The position numbers and the translations under genes are program-made. Of a DNA stretch of 64,000 nucleotides, positions 17,742 through 26,919 are shown piece after piece. The number at the start of each line of letters is the position of its first letter. The first letter of the stretch is position 1. Source of the DNA: Candidatus Doudnabacteria bacterium. Its GTDB lineage: Bacteria > Patescibacteriota > Doudnabacteria > UBA920 > 2-01-FULL-46-14. The notes below the pieces were generated by a model. It did not search any database and was not told the DNA's origin. It saw only the letters and a program-made list of their open reading frames with translations. Location: contig JBGQGB010000004.1 in NCBI GenBank assembly GCA_041497195.1, positions 1,770-65,769 on the forward strand, written 5' to 3'.

Positions 17742-19694
17742 ATGAAACAAAAATTTCACTTAAAATTTACAGCCTCCCTCCTGCTTTTGACCTTAGCGAT
17801 CAGCCTCGTCTTGGGGCTTTTCGGTGACGTACAACCTGCAAGCGCTCTTTTGGATGTGCCGGTGACAGGCGACGGCGGAGCTTTTGACCGCGTTGATAGC
17901 ATTGGGAGCATTGATACGAGCGGTTATGACCAGGGTCAGCTTCAAAATGAGATCACTCAGACTGCTGCTTCCTCAGCTATGAACGACGCGTTCCAGGCCA
18001 TGGATGGTCAATTTACTAGCAGCGTCGAAACTGACCTCGGAATAGGAAATCCTGCGTATTATGAAGACGCGCTGGTTGAGGGTAAATTCATCCCCGACCT
18101 TTACTCTAAATACAATGGGAGCGATTCTGTTCCTATTGGATGCAAAGGCCTGGGAGTCGATTGTATAGCAGCCACTGAGATGAGTTTGCCTATGAATAAT
18201 ATGACTACAGCCCAGCTCCAGCAGTTAGCTTCTTTGCAAGGTGCCACGGCGGCAAATTCTCCGGCAGCTAGTACTCAGTTGACCCAGGATATCCAAAGAA
18301 TTGTGGTAGGTGCATCTTCGCTGTTTCAACCCTCTATCGCCTGCGGCGGCATAGATGCCAATGCTTTGGATAAAGCCGCCAGTTATCTCGCTGCCAGCAC
18401 TGCCGGAGTGGTGGCCAACCAGATTGATCCTGGCAGCGGAATGAAGTTTTACCAGGATATGAGCAAATTGGGCAGCCCATACGCCACGAACCCTTTTTGG
18501 AAACTCCAGTTGCAGGACACTGCCATGCTCAACCAGTCCAATGCTCGCGGCGCAGCTGCCAACGAAATCAATTCCCCTGGTCTGAAGGCGACTCAAGCCA
18601 CGAGCACAGCCGCCACTCAATATAGTCAAATCCAGCGGACTTTATCGTTGGTTAAAAACGGGGAAGATAGCAGTGGTCAGGCCCTGTTCAATGTTGCGAT
18701 CAATGCGGTCAACGGGACCTACAATACCGCGACTTTTAGAAATTTCCTCATTCAATTGGTTTCCAACGAGCTGGCTAGAATCGCAGCTACGCAAATCAGC
18801 AAATTCGTGGGCTGGATTGCCAGCTTCATCGGCTCTGGGGTTGGCCTTGCGCAAAAAGACCAGTTTAGACTCTTGGCAGAAAATAGCGCCCGGACTATCG
18901 CTCAGGGCTTGATCCAGCATTTCGCAGTCAATTTATTTACTAGACTCAGTCAAAAGATTTTCCAGGGGCAGATTCTAGCTGAGAGTACGCGCTGCCGCCA
19001 GCCGAAGACGCTAGCTAATTTTACCCCCGCGGCCACGACTTTCACTGCTGCGGCCAATACGCCTATTCAAGCCTTTGGCGACACGGGTCCTACGCCGCCA
19101 ACGCCTCCTCCAGGCGGGCCGCCGAGCAGTATAATTTTTAACGCGCCAGCGAGCATCAACGCGGGTGGCACTGTGGTGCTCACTTGGGATGCCAGTGCCG
19201 CGCCCGCAGGCTCTACAGTCACTCTCACTGGCGGCGCCTTGAGTGGCGCGGTTCCGCTGGTCGGCTCGCGCAATGATACGCCGAGTGTCACCACGACCTA
19301 TACCCTGACCGTGACTGGGCCAGGCTTCAATCAGACTGTGCAGCGTACAGTCGTGGTCACTGCCGGGGGAGCGAGTGCTGTGACCTTTGACGTGCAGCCG
19401 CGCTCTGTGGTTGCCGGCGACACAGTCACTATCACCTGGGACGCTTCCGCCATCCCGAACGCGCAAGTGGAAATCTTCCCACTCTCTACATCCCTCCTAC
19501 CAGTTTCAGGTGCGCAGGATTTCACAATCAACGCCACGACTGTTTTCGTTTTTACAGTTGTCGACCCGTCGGGTGCAAATCCTGACATCGCCCGCACCAT
19601 TACTGTCACAGTAACGACTGGCGGAGGTTGCGGTGCAGTGATCTGTGTCCTCGGCGCTCAAACCACTAATCCGCAGTTTGGGGTGAGGGAATAA
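17742..19694 (+). CDS. Large secreted protein: helical N-terminal region plus two Ig/PKD-like domains
   Basis: Signal peptide; G.tV.LtWdAs...tTtytltv repeats; Pro linker. Confidence 0.75.
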   Translation: MKQKFHLKFTASLLLLTLAISLVLGLFGDVQPASALLDVPVTGDGGAFDRVDSIGSIDTSGYDQGQLQNEITQTAASSAMNDAFQAMDGQFTSSVETDLGIGNPAYYEDALVEGKFIPDLYSKYNGSDSVPIGCKGLGVDCIAATEMSLPMNNMTTAQLQQLASLQGATAANSPAASTQLTQDIQRIVVGASSLFQPSIACGGIDANALDKAASYLAASTAGVVANQIDPGSGMKFYQDMSKLGSPYATNPFWKLQLQDTAMLNQSNARGAAANEINSPGLKATQATSTAATQYSQIQRTLSLVKNGEDSSGQALFNVAINAVNGTYNTATFRNFLIQLVSNELARIAATQISKFVGWIASFIGSGVGLAQKDQFRLLAENSARTIAQGLIQHFAVNLFTRLSQKIFQGQILAESTRCRQPKTLANFTPAATTFTAAANTPIQAFGDTGPTPPTPPPGGPPSSIIFNAPASINAGGTVVLTWDASAAPAGSTVTLTGGALSGAVPLVGSRNDTPSVTTTYTLTVTGPGFNQTVQRTVVVTAGGASAVTFDVQPRSVVAGDTVTITWDASAIPNAQVEIFPLSTSLLPVSGAQDFTINATTVFVFTVVDPSGANPDIARTITVTVTTGGGCGAVICVLGAQTTNPQFGVRE

Positions 19695-19698
19695 GTTT

Positions 19699-22600
19699 AT
19701 GTTAATGAAGGTCGCAAGAAAAGTTTTTATGAGTAAAGTAGGTATTTTTGCAATATCTATATTATTTTTGTCAGTTTTGTTTCCTCTTGGCGCGCAGGCC
19801 GCTACATTTCAGGCAACTCAAGTCAGCTGGTCAGTACACACCAATGCTACGATTTATCGGGTGGTGGTCGGTGGATCGGCCACGATCCAAGTTCAGGCGC
19901 AAAGTACCCCAGCTCTCGCCGTCGGAGACATAATCGTGACTCCCGGAGGTTCCAACAGAACGATTGCCGCATTTTACGCGGCATATTTTGGTGCGGGGTG
20001 TAGCTTATCATGCGCAGCTGAAGATGAGAGTTCCCACGTTTCTAATGACCCGTTCAGCGTGACCGTGACTACCGATCCTTTCTACAATCCGCCTATTCCA
20101 GCTGGCCAAACCATGGCGACCAGAATCATCCAAGTTTTTCCAGCGGTGGATGTCTCATTTGCGGGAGACGGCAATTTTTTTCAAAATGCGGCGCAGATAA
20201 CTTTGCAAATCTTCAGCGACCAAACTGCACTCAATCAAGCCGCGCAAGCCGCTTGTACGGCCAACCCGAATCAGGTCGGTTGCAATCCCGATGGGACGGT
20301 CAGCAATTCAAGTGTCGGCGGTGCGGCTACTGCGGCAACCACTGGTATATCAAATCCCCCCGGGGTGGGGGATGGACTTCTCGGCATTCTTATTAGCATA
20401 GTCAACATTGTACTCGGGGTAATCATCGCGATTTTACGTTTCCTGGTGTGGCTCATCGGCACTGTCATTGCCGTGCCTTTGCTTGAGTCGACCCTGCAGT
20501 TGCAGGCTGGTAATCTGGCGGGCGGGGTGATTTTGACTGGCTGGACTCTGGTGCGGGATGTGGTCAATATGTTCTTCATCCTATTTCTGATTATTATTGG
20601 CCTCGGTACTATCCTGAAAATCGAGAGCTACAATTACAAAAAGCTCCTGGTCAATCTGATTATGATGGCGCTTTTGGTCAATTTCAGCCTACTCATCGGG
20701 CGCATTATTATCCAGATTGCTGACACGGCTCAGTTCACTTTTCTGCCTTTGGGCACAGGCATAACAGGAGTGAGGGCCCTGTTTCAAAATTTGGTGACCG
20801 GGCCAAAGGAATTTACTGATCCTATCATGATTTTAACCACGGATAAAAATGTGGCGATGGCCTCGACCTTTACAATGCTTTTTCAGTTTATATTTGAAGC
20901 CTCGGTGATCGTGACTTTTTTGGCCATGGCTGTTTTGATGCTCATCAGGACAGTAATGCTCTGGATTTTGCTCATCCTCTCGCCTGTGGCGTATGCTTTC
21001 TACGTTTTGCCAGCCACAGCCAGCATTGCCAAGAAATGGTGGTCAGAGTTTATCAAATACGCCCTATTTGCTCCAATTTTTGCTTTCTTTTTGCGGCTCA
21101 CATTTGTCCTCTATGACCAAGGCCTCAATATTTTTCCTACGACAGCAGCCTCCTTTGCCGGTCGTCCACCCAATTTGATAGGGGCAATAGACGCGCTTTC
21201 TCAGCTACCCGGGGGATTTAATTTCACTCAGGCTTTACAGCTGCTTTTGATCTACATAGTGGTGCTGGCGTTTCTCTGGGCTGGCATGATTGTGGCCAAA
21301 AGCATGGGAGTAATGGGAGCGAGTGGGATCATGAGCATTGGGGAGCGGGGCTTGCGGAGCGGATTTGGATTGAAGCAAATCGGTGGCGGTGCTACAGGTC
21401 TGGTGGCGCGAACATATTCGGGTTGGGTTGGGCGAAAAATTGGCGCGGCTAGTCAGAAGGGAGAACAAGCAGCGAAGGAGGCTCAAAAGGCAGAGCGCCG
21501 GGCAGCCGTACTCCGTGCCGGCGGAAAAATTGTCGAAGCGAAACAGGCCGAGGCACAGGCGACCGCCGCCAGATCTAGACAGCGAGCGGCTTCACTATCC
21601 AGCGGTGGGTGGCGGGCTTTGTCCCTTTTGAATCCGCATGTTGTCAAAGAGGCATGGAAGAAGCGACGGGAAGAAAAAGAATTGCGTGCTTATGGACCGG
21701 CAGTTGGCCATATGCAAGACACTTTCAATCGGATTATGCCGACCGAGTTTCTGAAGTGGAACCGGATGTTGGCTGGTCAATTTGGCAAAAAAACCCCACA
21801 CGGTCTTGTAGGGGAACGTGCTGTGGTTGCCAAAGAAGCTGAAGAGCTTCTCAAGGGTATTCGGACTAGAGAGGATGCGGCAAGAGTCGCGGGCGACGCG
21901 TTTAAATCAGGGGATCATGATGAAATCATGGCTGCCCTGAAAGTCTTGCAGCATGGGAATTGGCAGGATGATTATATGAACCTCGAGGGTAAAACATTCA
22001 GCCCCCTGAAGTATCTGGATCATATTACCGAACAGATGAAAAAGTCAGGATTTTCTAAAGAGGAAATTACAACAATTTTGGATGACCTGAAAGAAACTGG
22101 CGAGCAAACAGGTCGGATTCGTGCTTATGGTTATACCACAGAAGATCCTGACGGCCATATTCGGGCTGCCAATGATCTGTCTTTTTATCAACAACTGAGA
22201 GGTGACGATTTGGCTAAAGTATTCGAGAACCAGGCGGAAAAATTCAAGTTGGCTTTTGACGAAAGCGGAGTGGATGAGTTTGGTAAACAGGCGCGAAGCT
22301 TTGAAAATGCGGCGGCCCAAGCCAGAGCGGGGCAGTCTTTTGACCAAATTTCTACAGTTAAATATATTCCAGATGCGGAGGTGCAGGACGAGAATTCAGA
22401 ATACCATGGTCGTACGGATGTGACGATTCGAGATGCCATGGTTGCGCGAAGGTTTATGGACGAAGCACATATCAAACTCCAGCGCGGTAATGCCGGGGTG
22501 CATGCCAGAAACATCGAAGCCGCAATCATCGTTGACCAGGATCCGGAAAAAGGCTGGACAAACCAGAATGCTTTGGGAAAAATGATGGCACACGAAATCG

Positions 22601-22977
22601 GACCGAATATTATCGAGTCAATCACCGGTCGTATTCACGAGAGTCAAGGTCGCTTGCTCTACGCTTTTGGCGCGCTCCGAGACAAACAGACTGGTAAATG
22701 GACGCCCCCAGATATTAATATTGGGAGTAGAACAGATGTGCAAATCCATGGTATGGCGAGGAACCCAGAAGAGGAGCAAGTCTTAAAGGATCAGCGTGAT
22801 GCTCATCGCACCGCTTGGAACAAAATCATGGACACCCAGAAACTTAACGAAAAGATGTTTAACGCCATTATTGGAAGTCAAAAACTGTTTACTGAAGAAC
22901 AGCGCGATTATTTTAAACAACAATTTAATACTTATGCAACAAACAACCCGAATGAGAGACTTCAACAAATTCCTTAA
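19699..22977 (+). CDS. VirB6/TrbL-like polytopic membrane protein with large cytoplasmic C-terminus
   Basis: GW.lVRD.vNmfFIl.Liiigl.TIL; L..liimAllvNFS; lliR.v.LwiLlilSP.A...vLP.T.....kWw..f; upstream of PrgI/VirB4. Confidence 0.8.
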   Translation: MLMKVARKVFMSKVGIFAISILFLSVLFPLGAQAATFQATQVSWSVHTNATIYRVVVGGSATIQVQAQSTPALAVGDIIVTPGGSNRTIAAFYAAYFGAGCSLSCAAEDESSHVSNDPFSVTVTTDPFYNPPIPAGQTMATRIIQVFPAVDVSFAGDGNFFQNAAQITLQIFSDQTALNQAAQAACTANPNQVGCNPDGTVSNSSVGGAATAATTGISNPPGVGDGLLGILISIVNIVLGVIIAILRFLVWLIGTVIAVPLLESTLQLQAGNLAGGVILTGWTLVRDVVNMFFILFLIIIGLGTILKIESYNYKKLLVNLIMMALLVNFSLLIGRIIIQIADTAQFTFLPLGTGITGVRALFQNLVTGPKEFTDPIMILTTDKNVAMASTFTMLFQFIFEASVIVTFLAMAVLMLIRTVMLWILLILSPVAYAFYVLPATASIAKKWWSEFIKYALFAPIFAFFLRLTFVLYDQGLNIFPTTAASFAGRPPNLIGAIDALSQLPGGFNFTQALQLLLIYIVVLAFLWAGMIVAKSMGVMGASGIMSIGERGLRSGFGLKQIGGGATGLVARTYSGWVGRKIGAASQKGEQAAKEAQKAERRAAVLRAGGKIVEAKQAEAQATAARSRQRAASLSSGGWRALSLLNPHVVKEAWKKRREEKELRAYGPAVGHMQDTFNRIMPTEFLKWNRMLAGQFGKKTPHGLVGERAVVAKEAEELLKGIRTREDAARVAGDAFKSGDHDEIMAALKVLQHGNWQDDYMNLEGKTFSPLKYLDHITEQMKKSGFSKEEITTILDDLKETGEQTGRIRAYGYTTEDPDGHIRAANDLSFYQQLRGDDLAKVFENQAEKFKLAFDESGVDEFGKQARSFENAAAQARAGQSFDQISTVKYIPDAEVQDENSEYHGRTDVTIRDAMVARRFMDEAHIKLQRGNAGVHARNIEAAIIVDQDPEKGWTNQNALGKMMAHEIGPNIIESITGRIHESQGRLLYAFGALRDKQTGKWTPPDINIGSRTDVQIHGMARNPEEEQVLKDQRDAHRTAWNKIMDTQKLNEKMFNAIIGSQKLFTEEQRDYFKQQFNTYATNNPNERLQQIP

Positions 22978-23001
22978 ATAAAACAAAAAACATCTTAAGG
23001 A

Positions 23002-24432
23002 ATGAGTATATATATGGATATAAAAGACGAAAAAAAAATTCCTATTTCAGCAGCCCCCCCAAATCAGGTAACTAGCCCAGAACAGATAGTTAGCATTACT
23101 TGGGATAATTTTAGCGTGCTTCAACCAGAATGGTTGGAAGATGAGAATATCTTGTATCAACTGAAGCTTTTTGTGCAGGACATATCGGATAGTGGCGACG
23201 CATCTGATGCAAGTCAGGCTTTCGTGCTTTTGCATCAACTTTTGCAAAAATTGCCGCTCCTGGTGCAGAATCACCCCGATGTTTATCGGGAATATCTTCG
23301 ATTGCTGACTGTTTTAAAGGCTTGTTTTTTGTCCTTGATGCCGGATGGGGACATTCATAATTTTCTCCGAGATGAGTTGACTCTGTCTTTGGAAGTCCAG
23401 GATTTTGACATTAAGGACAAGCTGAATGATTTATTGCTGGTCTATAGACAATTTCCAGACGTACAAGCAAATTTTGCACAGGAACTATTGAAGCCAATTG
23501 AAGAAAACCAAGAATATTTAGGCACTGATCCAATTGTCATCCGCGGTCATGACGATGAACAATTGCCCAGAATTGCTAACTGGCTGGTAGATTATACCCA
23601 GTTTGTAGTAAGCAAGACCAAGCTGGGGGCATCGGTCGTTAGAGCAGGGGGTTTGGAGCGGGCGACGTATCTTTCGCAAAGTCCGAACTCCCGGCGTCTT
23701 ACTGAAGACGAGCGAGATATTTTGAAGAGGCTTTTAGAATTGCACGATTGGTTGAAAGCTTTTGTTCCAGTCCCACAGGCTAGCGAGGCTACTGCGGCCC
23801 TACCGAATTATATAACTACCCAACGAGAGAAGATTAGTGTGCCCCCTCCTCCCCGGCCAGTACAACAACGCCCGCAAGCCCCTGTTTATAGAGCGCCGGC
23901 AATTCCCCCACAGCCAGCTGCTCCACAGCCGCGGGTCACTCCGAGTCTTGTGGTGCCGAGGACTCAGGTGCCACCAGCCCAGCCGCGGCCATCAGTTTTG
24001 CCGCCAGCGCCAAAACCCGCTGCTACCTCAGTGCGGCCGTCTATGACGTTTGCTCCGACGCCGCCCCAGGCTGCAGCGCCCTCTCCCGCGCCCCAATCTT
24101 CGGCTAATGAAGATTTGTACCGTTCCACCCTTGAGGAGCTGGCAAAGATGAGGCAGAAAGAGGCTGCCCAAACGCCCGGAAGATCAGTGAGTGCTAGCCC
24201 CAAACCCTCGGGCCCGACCATCGTGCCGCTGTCTGCAGGGCCAGGTCGGCCTGCGGCCTCAGTGGCCCAGGGGCCAATGCGCCCGATGAAACCAATGGAA
24301 CCTTTTTCGGTAAATGAAGCTCTGGTCCACGGGGATTTGAATCCTGATCTCAATGATCGCGGGGAAATGGTGTCAGGAGACAAAGATGACGTGGCAAAGA
24401 AATTGAAGGATTTGGAAGACAGGGTCAAATAG
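23002..24432 (+). CDS. Hypothetical protein, helical N-terminal domain and Pro-rich C-terminus
   Basis: 476-aa ORF, co-directional within the locus. Confidence 0.75.
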   Translation: MSIYMDIKDEKKIPISAAPPNQVTSPEQIVSITWDNFSVLQPEWLEDENILYQLKLFVQDISDSGDASDASQAFVLLHQLLQKLPLLVQNHPDVYREYLRLLTVLKACFLSLMPDGDIHNFLRDELTLSLEVQDFDIKDKLNDLLLVYRQFPDVQANFAQELLKPIEENQEYLGTDPIVIRGHDDEQLPRIANWLVDYTQFVVSKTKLGASVVRAGGLERATYLSQSPNSRRLTEDERDILKRLLELHDWLKAFVPVPQASEATAALPNYITTQREKISVPPPPRPVQQRPQAPVYRAPAIPPQPAAPQPRVTPSLVVPRTQVPPAQPRPSVLPPAPKPAATSVRPSMTFAPTPPQAAAPSPAPQSSANEDLYRSTLEELAKMRQKEAAQTPGRSVSASPKPSGPTIVPLSAGPGRPAASVAQGPMRPMKPMEPFSVNEALVHGDLNPDLNDRGEMVSGDKDDVAKKLKDLEDRVK

Positions 24433-24454
24433 TTAGAGGGCCTTTGTTTACGTT

Positions 24455-25381
24455 ATGCCAATGGCAGATCTCGACCGGTTGAAATCAAAAATTCAAAATT
24501 CCACTATCCTCTCCGACAGCGAAAAAAAGGAGTGGCTTTTTTTGTTGCCGAAAATGACGCCGCCCCAGATGCAAGAGCTCAATGAGGTGCTATCTTCTCA
24601 TAAGTCGCTACAGTCACAATCAGTACCTGCGCAAAAATTGCCAGCTACTGAGGAAAAATCGGCAGTTAGCTCGCTTCAGACAAATGTAAAGCCGTTGATG
24701 CCCAATCAGCCGGCCACGCCAACCCCGATGACAAAACCTGCCGGGCCGGCTGCTATCCCTGCTGACGCACGATATTCAGAAGAACCGACTAAACCGTTAA
24801 CTACCGCGCCGAAGCCGTCTGTCCCTGCATCGGTAAAACCAATTGTAGTACAGCCGATAGACTCAAACCGCAGACCAGAGACCAAGCCCGGAGTAAACAT
24901 TTTGCCAGACAAAGTAAAAATCGCAGCCAAGCCGCTTGATTCGTTCAAGCCGGTAAACAGCGCGATGGTCCCGCCGCGAGACGCTTCAGTCAAACAATCG
25001 CTAACCGCGCCAGCCGGCATGAGCAAGACCAAACTTGATCCAGTGGTCAAGCCAGGGAGCGGCCAGAGCGTGAAAGCCGTCCAGGCCGCCTCGGACGAGT
25101 TGGGGAAATTGCGCGCTTTGGCTGTTGCTGATTTGCGGCAGGCCCCGTCTGTGTACGTGTTCCTCGAAGATCTGGCTAAAAAGATGAATGAGCTGAAGAA
25201 ATACCGCGAGCTCAGTCTGGAACAAATCACTTCCAGTTTTGAACAGAGTCCGTTGTATCATACTTATCTGGAAGCTGGCCTAAAGATCATGGACAAGCAG
25301 GAATTTGACCGGTTGTCGCATTCCGAATTTGAGGCCATGGCTGATTTTCGGGCTTCTTTGCGCAAACTTTTGAGCAAGTAA
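24455..25381 (+). CDS. Hypothetical protein with Pro-rich linker
   Basis: 308-aa ORF; compact N- and C-terminal helical domains (...FEQSPLY..Y...G...L...EFEAMAD). Confidence 0.75.
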   Translation: MPMADLDRLKSKIQNSTILSDSEKKEWLFLLPKMTPPQMQELNEVLSSHKSLQSQSVPAQKLPATEEKSAVSSLQTNVKPLMPNQPATPTPMTKPAGPAAIPADARYSEEPTKPLTTAPKPSVPASVKPIVVQPIDSNRRPETKPGVNILPDKVKIAAKPLDSFKPVNSAMVPPRDASVKQSLTAPAGMSKTKLDPVVKPGSGQSVKAVQAASDELGKLRALAVADLRQAPSVYVFLEDLAKKMNELKKYRELSLEQITSSFEQSPLYHTYLEAGLKIMDKQEFDRLSHSEFEAMADFRASLRKLLSK

Positions 25382-25539
25382 GGGTTTTTTGTCCCTATAA
25401 CCGCCAAGAACCCAGGCCCCTAGCGGGGATTTTTTGTATATTTGGAGGATTGTGCTATAATAAAAACACTTTAAAAGTGAAGATTTGAAAGCAAAACTCA
25501 AACTAAGGGTTAAATTTTCAGTTCTCAATTTGCAATTTT

Positions 25540-25644
25540 CAATGCCTGAAGTTTCAAAAAGAAGCGCAGGAACTTACTTTGATATTTCAAAAGATTACCA
25601 ACTCGTTAAAGCGAGCTAGCCGGATTGAATTTAATGAAAATTGA
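25540..25644 (+). pseudogene. Probable remnant (C-terminal helix only) of a four-helix-bundle / 23S-IVP-like gene between heptamer inverted repeats
   Basis: Reads QCLKFQKEAQELTLIFQKITNSLKR...*, no start codon; flanked by AATTTTC-type repeats (25513-25543) and their complement (25624-25663). Confidence 0.5.
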
Positions 25645-25670
25645 GAATTTGAAATTGAAAATTGTTTTCC

Positions 25671-26138
25671 ATGCAGTCATATAGCCTCCCACAATTCATT
25701 GAGGTGGAGGACAAGATCATCGGGCCTTTGGGCATCAAGCAGTTTTTGTTTCTGCTTTGCGGCGGTCTCATATGTTTGGGCATTTGGAGCGTTGCTCAAT
25801 TCAGTATTTTTTTCTTCCTCCTGGCAGCGCCGGTGATGATAGTCGTCATCGCCTTGGCGTTTGGCAAGTTTAACGGCCGGCCAGTAATGAGCAATGTCGC
25901 CGGGCTAATCAAATTCCTCTCCTCACCGCGTATACGGGTCTACCAGCGTACTGGCGACAAGGAATTGTCAGAGGTGACCAAAGCACCGCGCAAAGTTGAA
26001 ATGGTGGAGACCGAAGCTCCGGAGCAGGTCGACAGCCGGTTGAAGCGCCTGGCGTATCTGCTGGACCAGCAGTCAGCGGAAGAAAAGCGGCTCATCGAGA
26101 CCGGGCAAATGAAACAGAAATGGTTGAACCAAATCTAG
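25671..26138 (+). CDS. PrgI family (VirB3-like) membrane protein
   Basis: PQFIEVEDKIIGPL..KQF, two TM helices, K.NGRP. Confidence 0.88.
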   Translation: MQSYSLPQFIEVEDKIIGPLGIKQFLFLLCGGLICLGIWSVAQFSIFFFLLAAPVMIVVIALAFGKFNGRPVMSNVAGLIKFLSSPRIRVYQRTGDKELSEVTKAPRKVEMVETEAPEQVDSRLKRLAYLLDQQSAEEKRLIETGQMKQKWLNQI

Positions 26139-26144
26139 CTAGCC

Positions 26145-26885
26145 ATGGAAATGCAGACGAACAAATTGCGCAGAAACAAACCGACTGAGTCCACTCAGAA
26201 GTATTTGAATATTTCGCAAATCAAAGAGGGGGTCATCGTGATGAAAGACAAAAGTTTGCGCTCCATTCTGGTGGTGTCCTCCACCAATTTCGCTCTCAAA
26301 TCCGAAGAAGAACAAAATGCTTTGATCGCCGCCTATCAGAATTTTTTGAATTCCCTGGATTTTCCCATCCAGATTTTGATTCATTCGCGGGTGCTGGATA
26401 TCGACGGGTATTTGACCAAGCTGCGCGGCCTTGCTTCGGGTCAGACCAACGAGCTGCTGCGCATCCAGATGAGCGAGTATATCGAGTATGTCGGCAAGTT
26501 GGTGGAATACGCGAGCATCATGACCAAAACTTTTTATGTCGTGATTCCTTATTCAGTTGCAGTGGCCACCAAAGAAACTTTTTTCGGCAGAATGAAGAAG
26601 GTACTCAATCCCGCCGCTACCATCACCGCCAACCAGGAAGATTTTCAAAAGCAGAAACTCAAACTGGAAGAGCGGATCGAACACATCGCCGGCTCCCTGG
26701 GCGGCATGGGTTTGCGCAGCATGGTGCTCAACACTCAGGAACTGATTGAACTTTTGTATACTTCTTATAATTTTGAGACTGCATCCCCTCTGCATCCGGA
26801 GGCGATGGGTGAGATTCAGCTGACTGACTCGACCCCGGATCTGGCCATGCCCAGCAGGTCAGGAGGGCTGAAGGTGGGGACCTAA
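26145..26885 (+). CDS. TraC/VirB4 N-terminal-like accessory protein
   Basis: STQ.yL.I..I..Gv.v.Kd...r.il.VsS.NF.LKSeeEQ.A.i..YQ.FLNSLdFP.QI. Confidence 0.8.
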   Translation: MEMQTNKLRRNKPTESTQKYLNISQIKEGVIVMKDKSLRSILVVSSTNFALKSEEEQNALIAAYQNFLNSLDFPIQILIHSRVLDIDGYLTKLRGLASGQTNELLRIQMSEYIEYVGKLVEYASIMTKTFYVVIPYSVAVATKETFFGRMKKVLNPAATITANQEDFQKQKLKLEERIEHIAGSLGGMGLRSMVLNTQELIELLYTSYNFETASPLHPEAMGEIQLTDSTPDLAMPSRSGGLKVGT

Positions 26886-26919
26886 AAAAAGCAGGCAGTT
26901 TTTGTTAGCATAAAATTTT

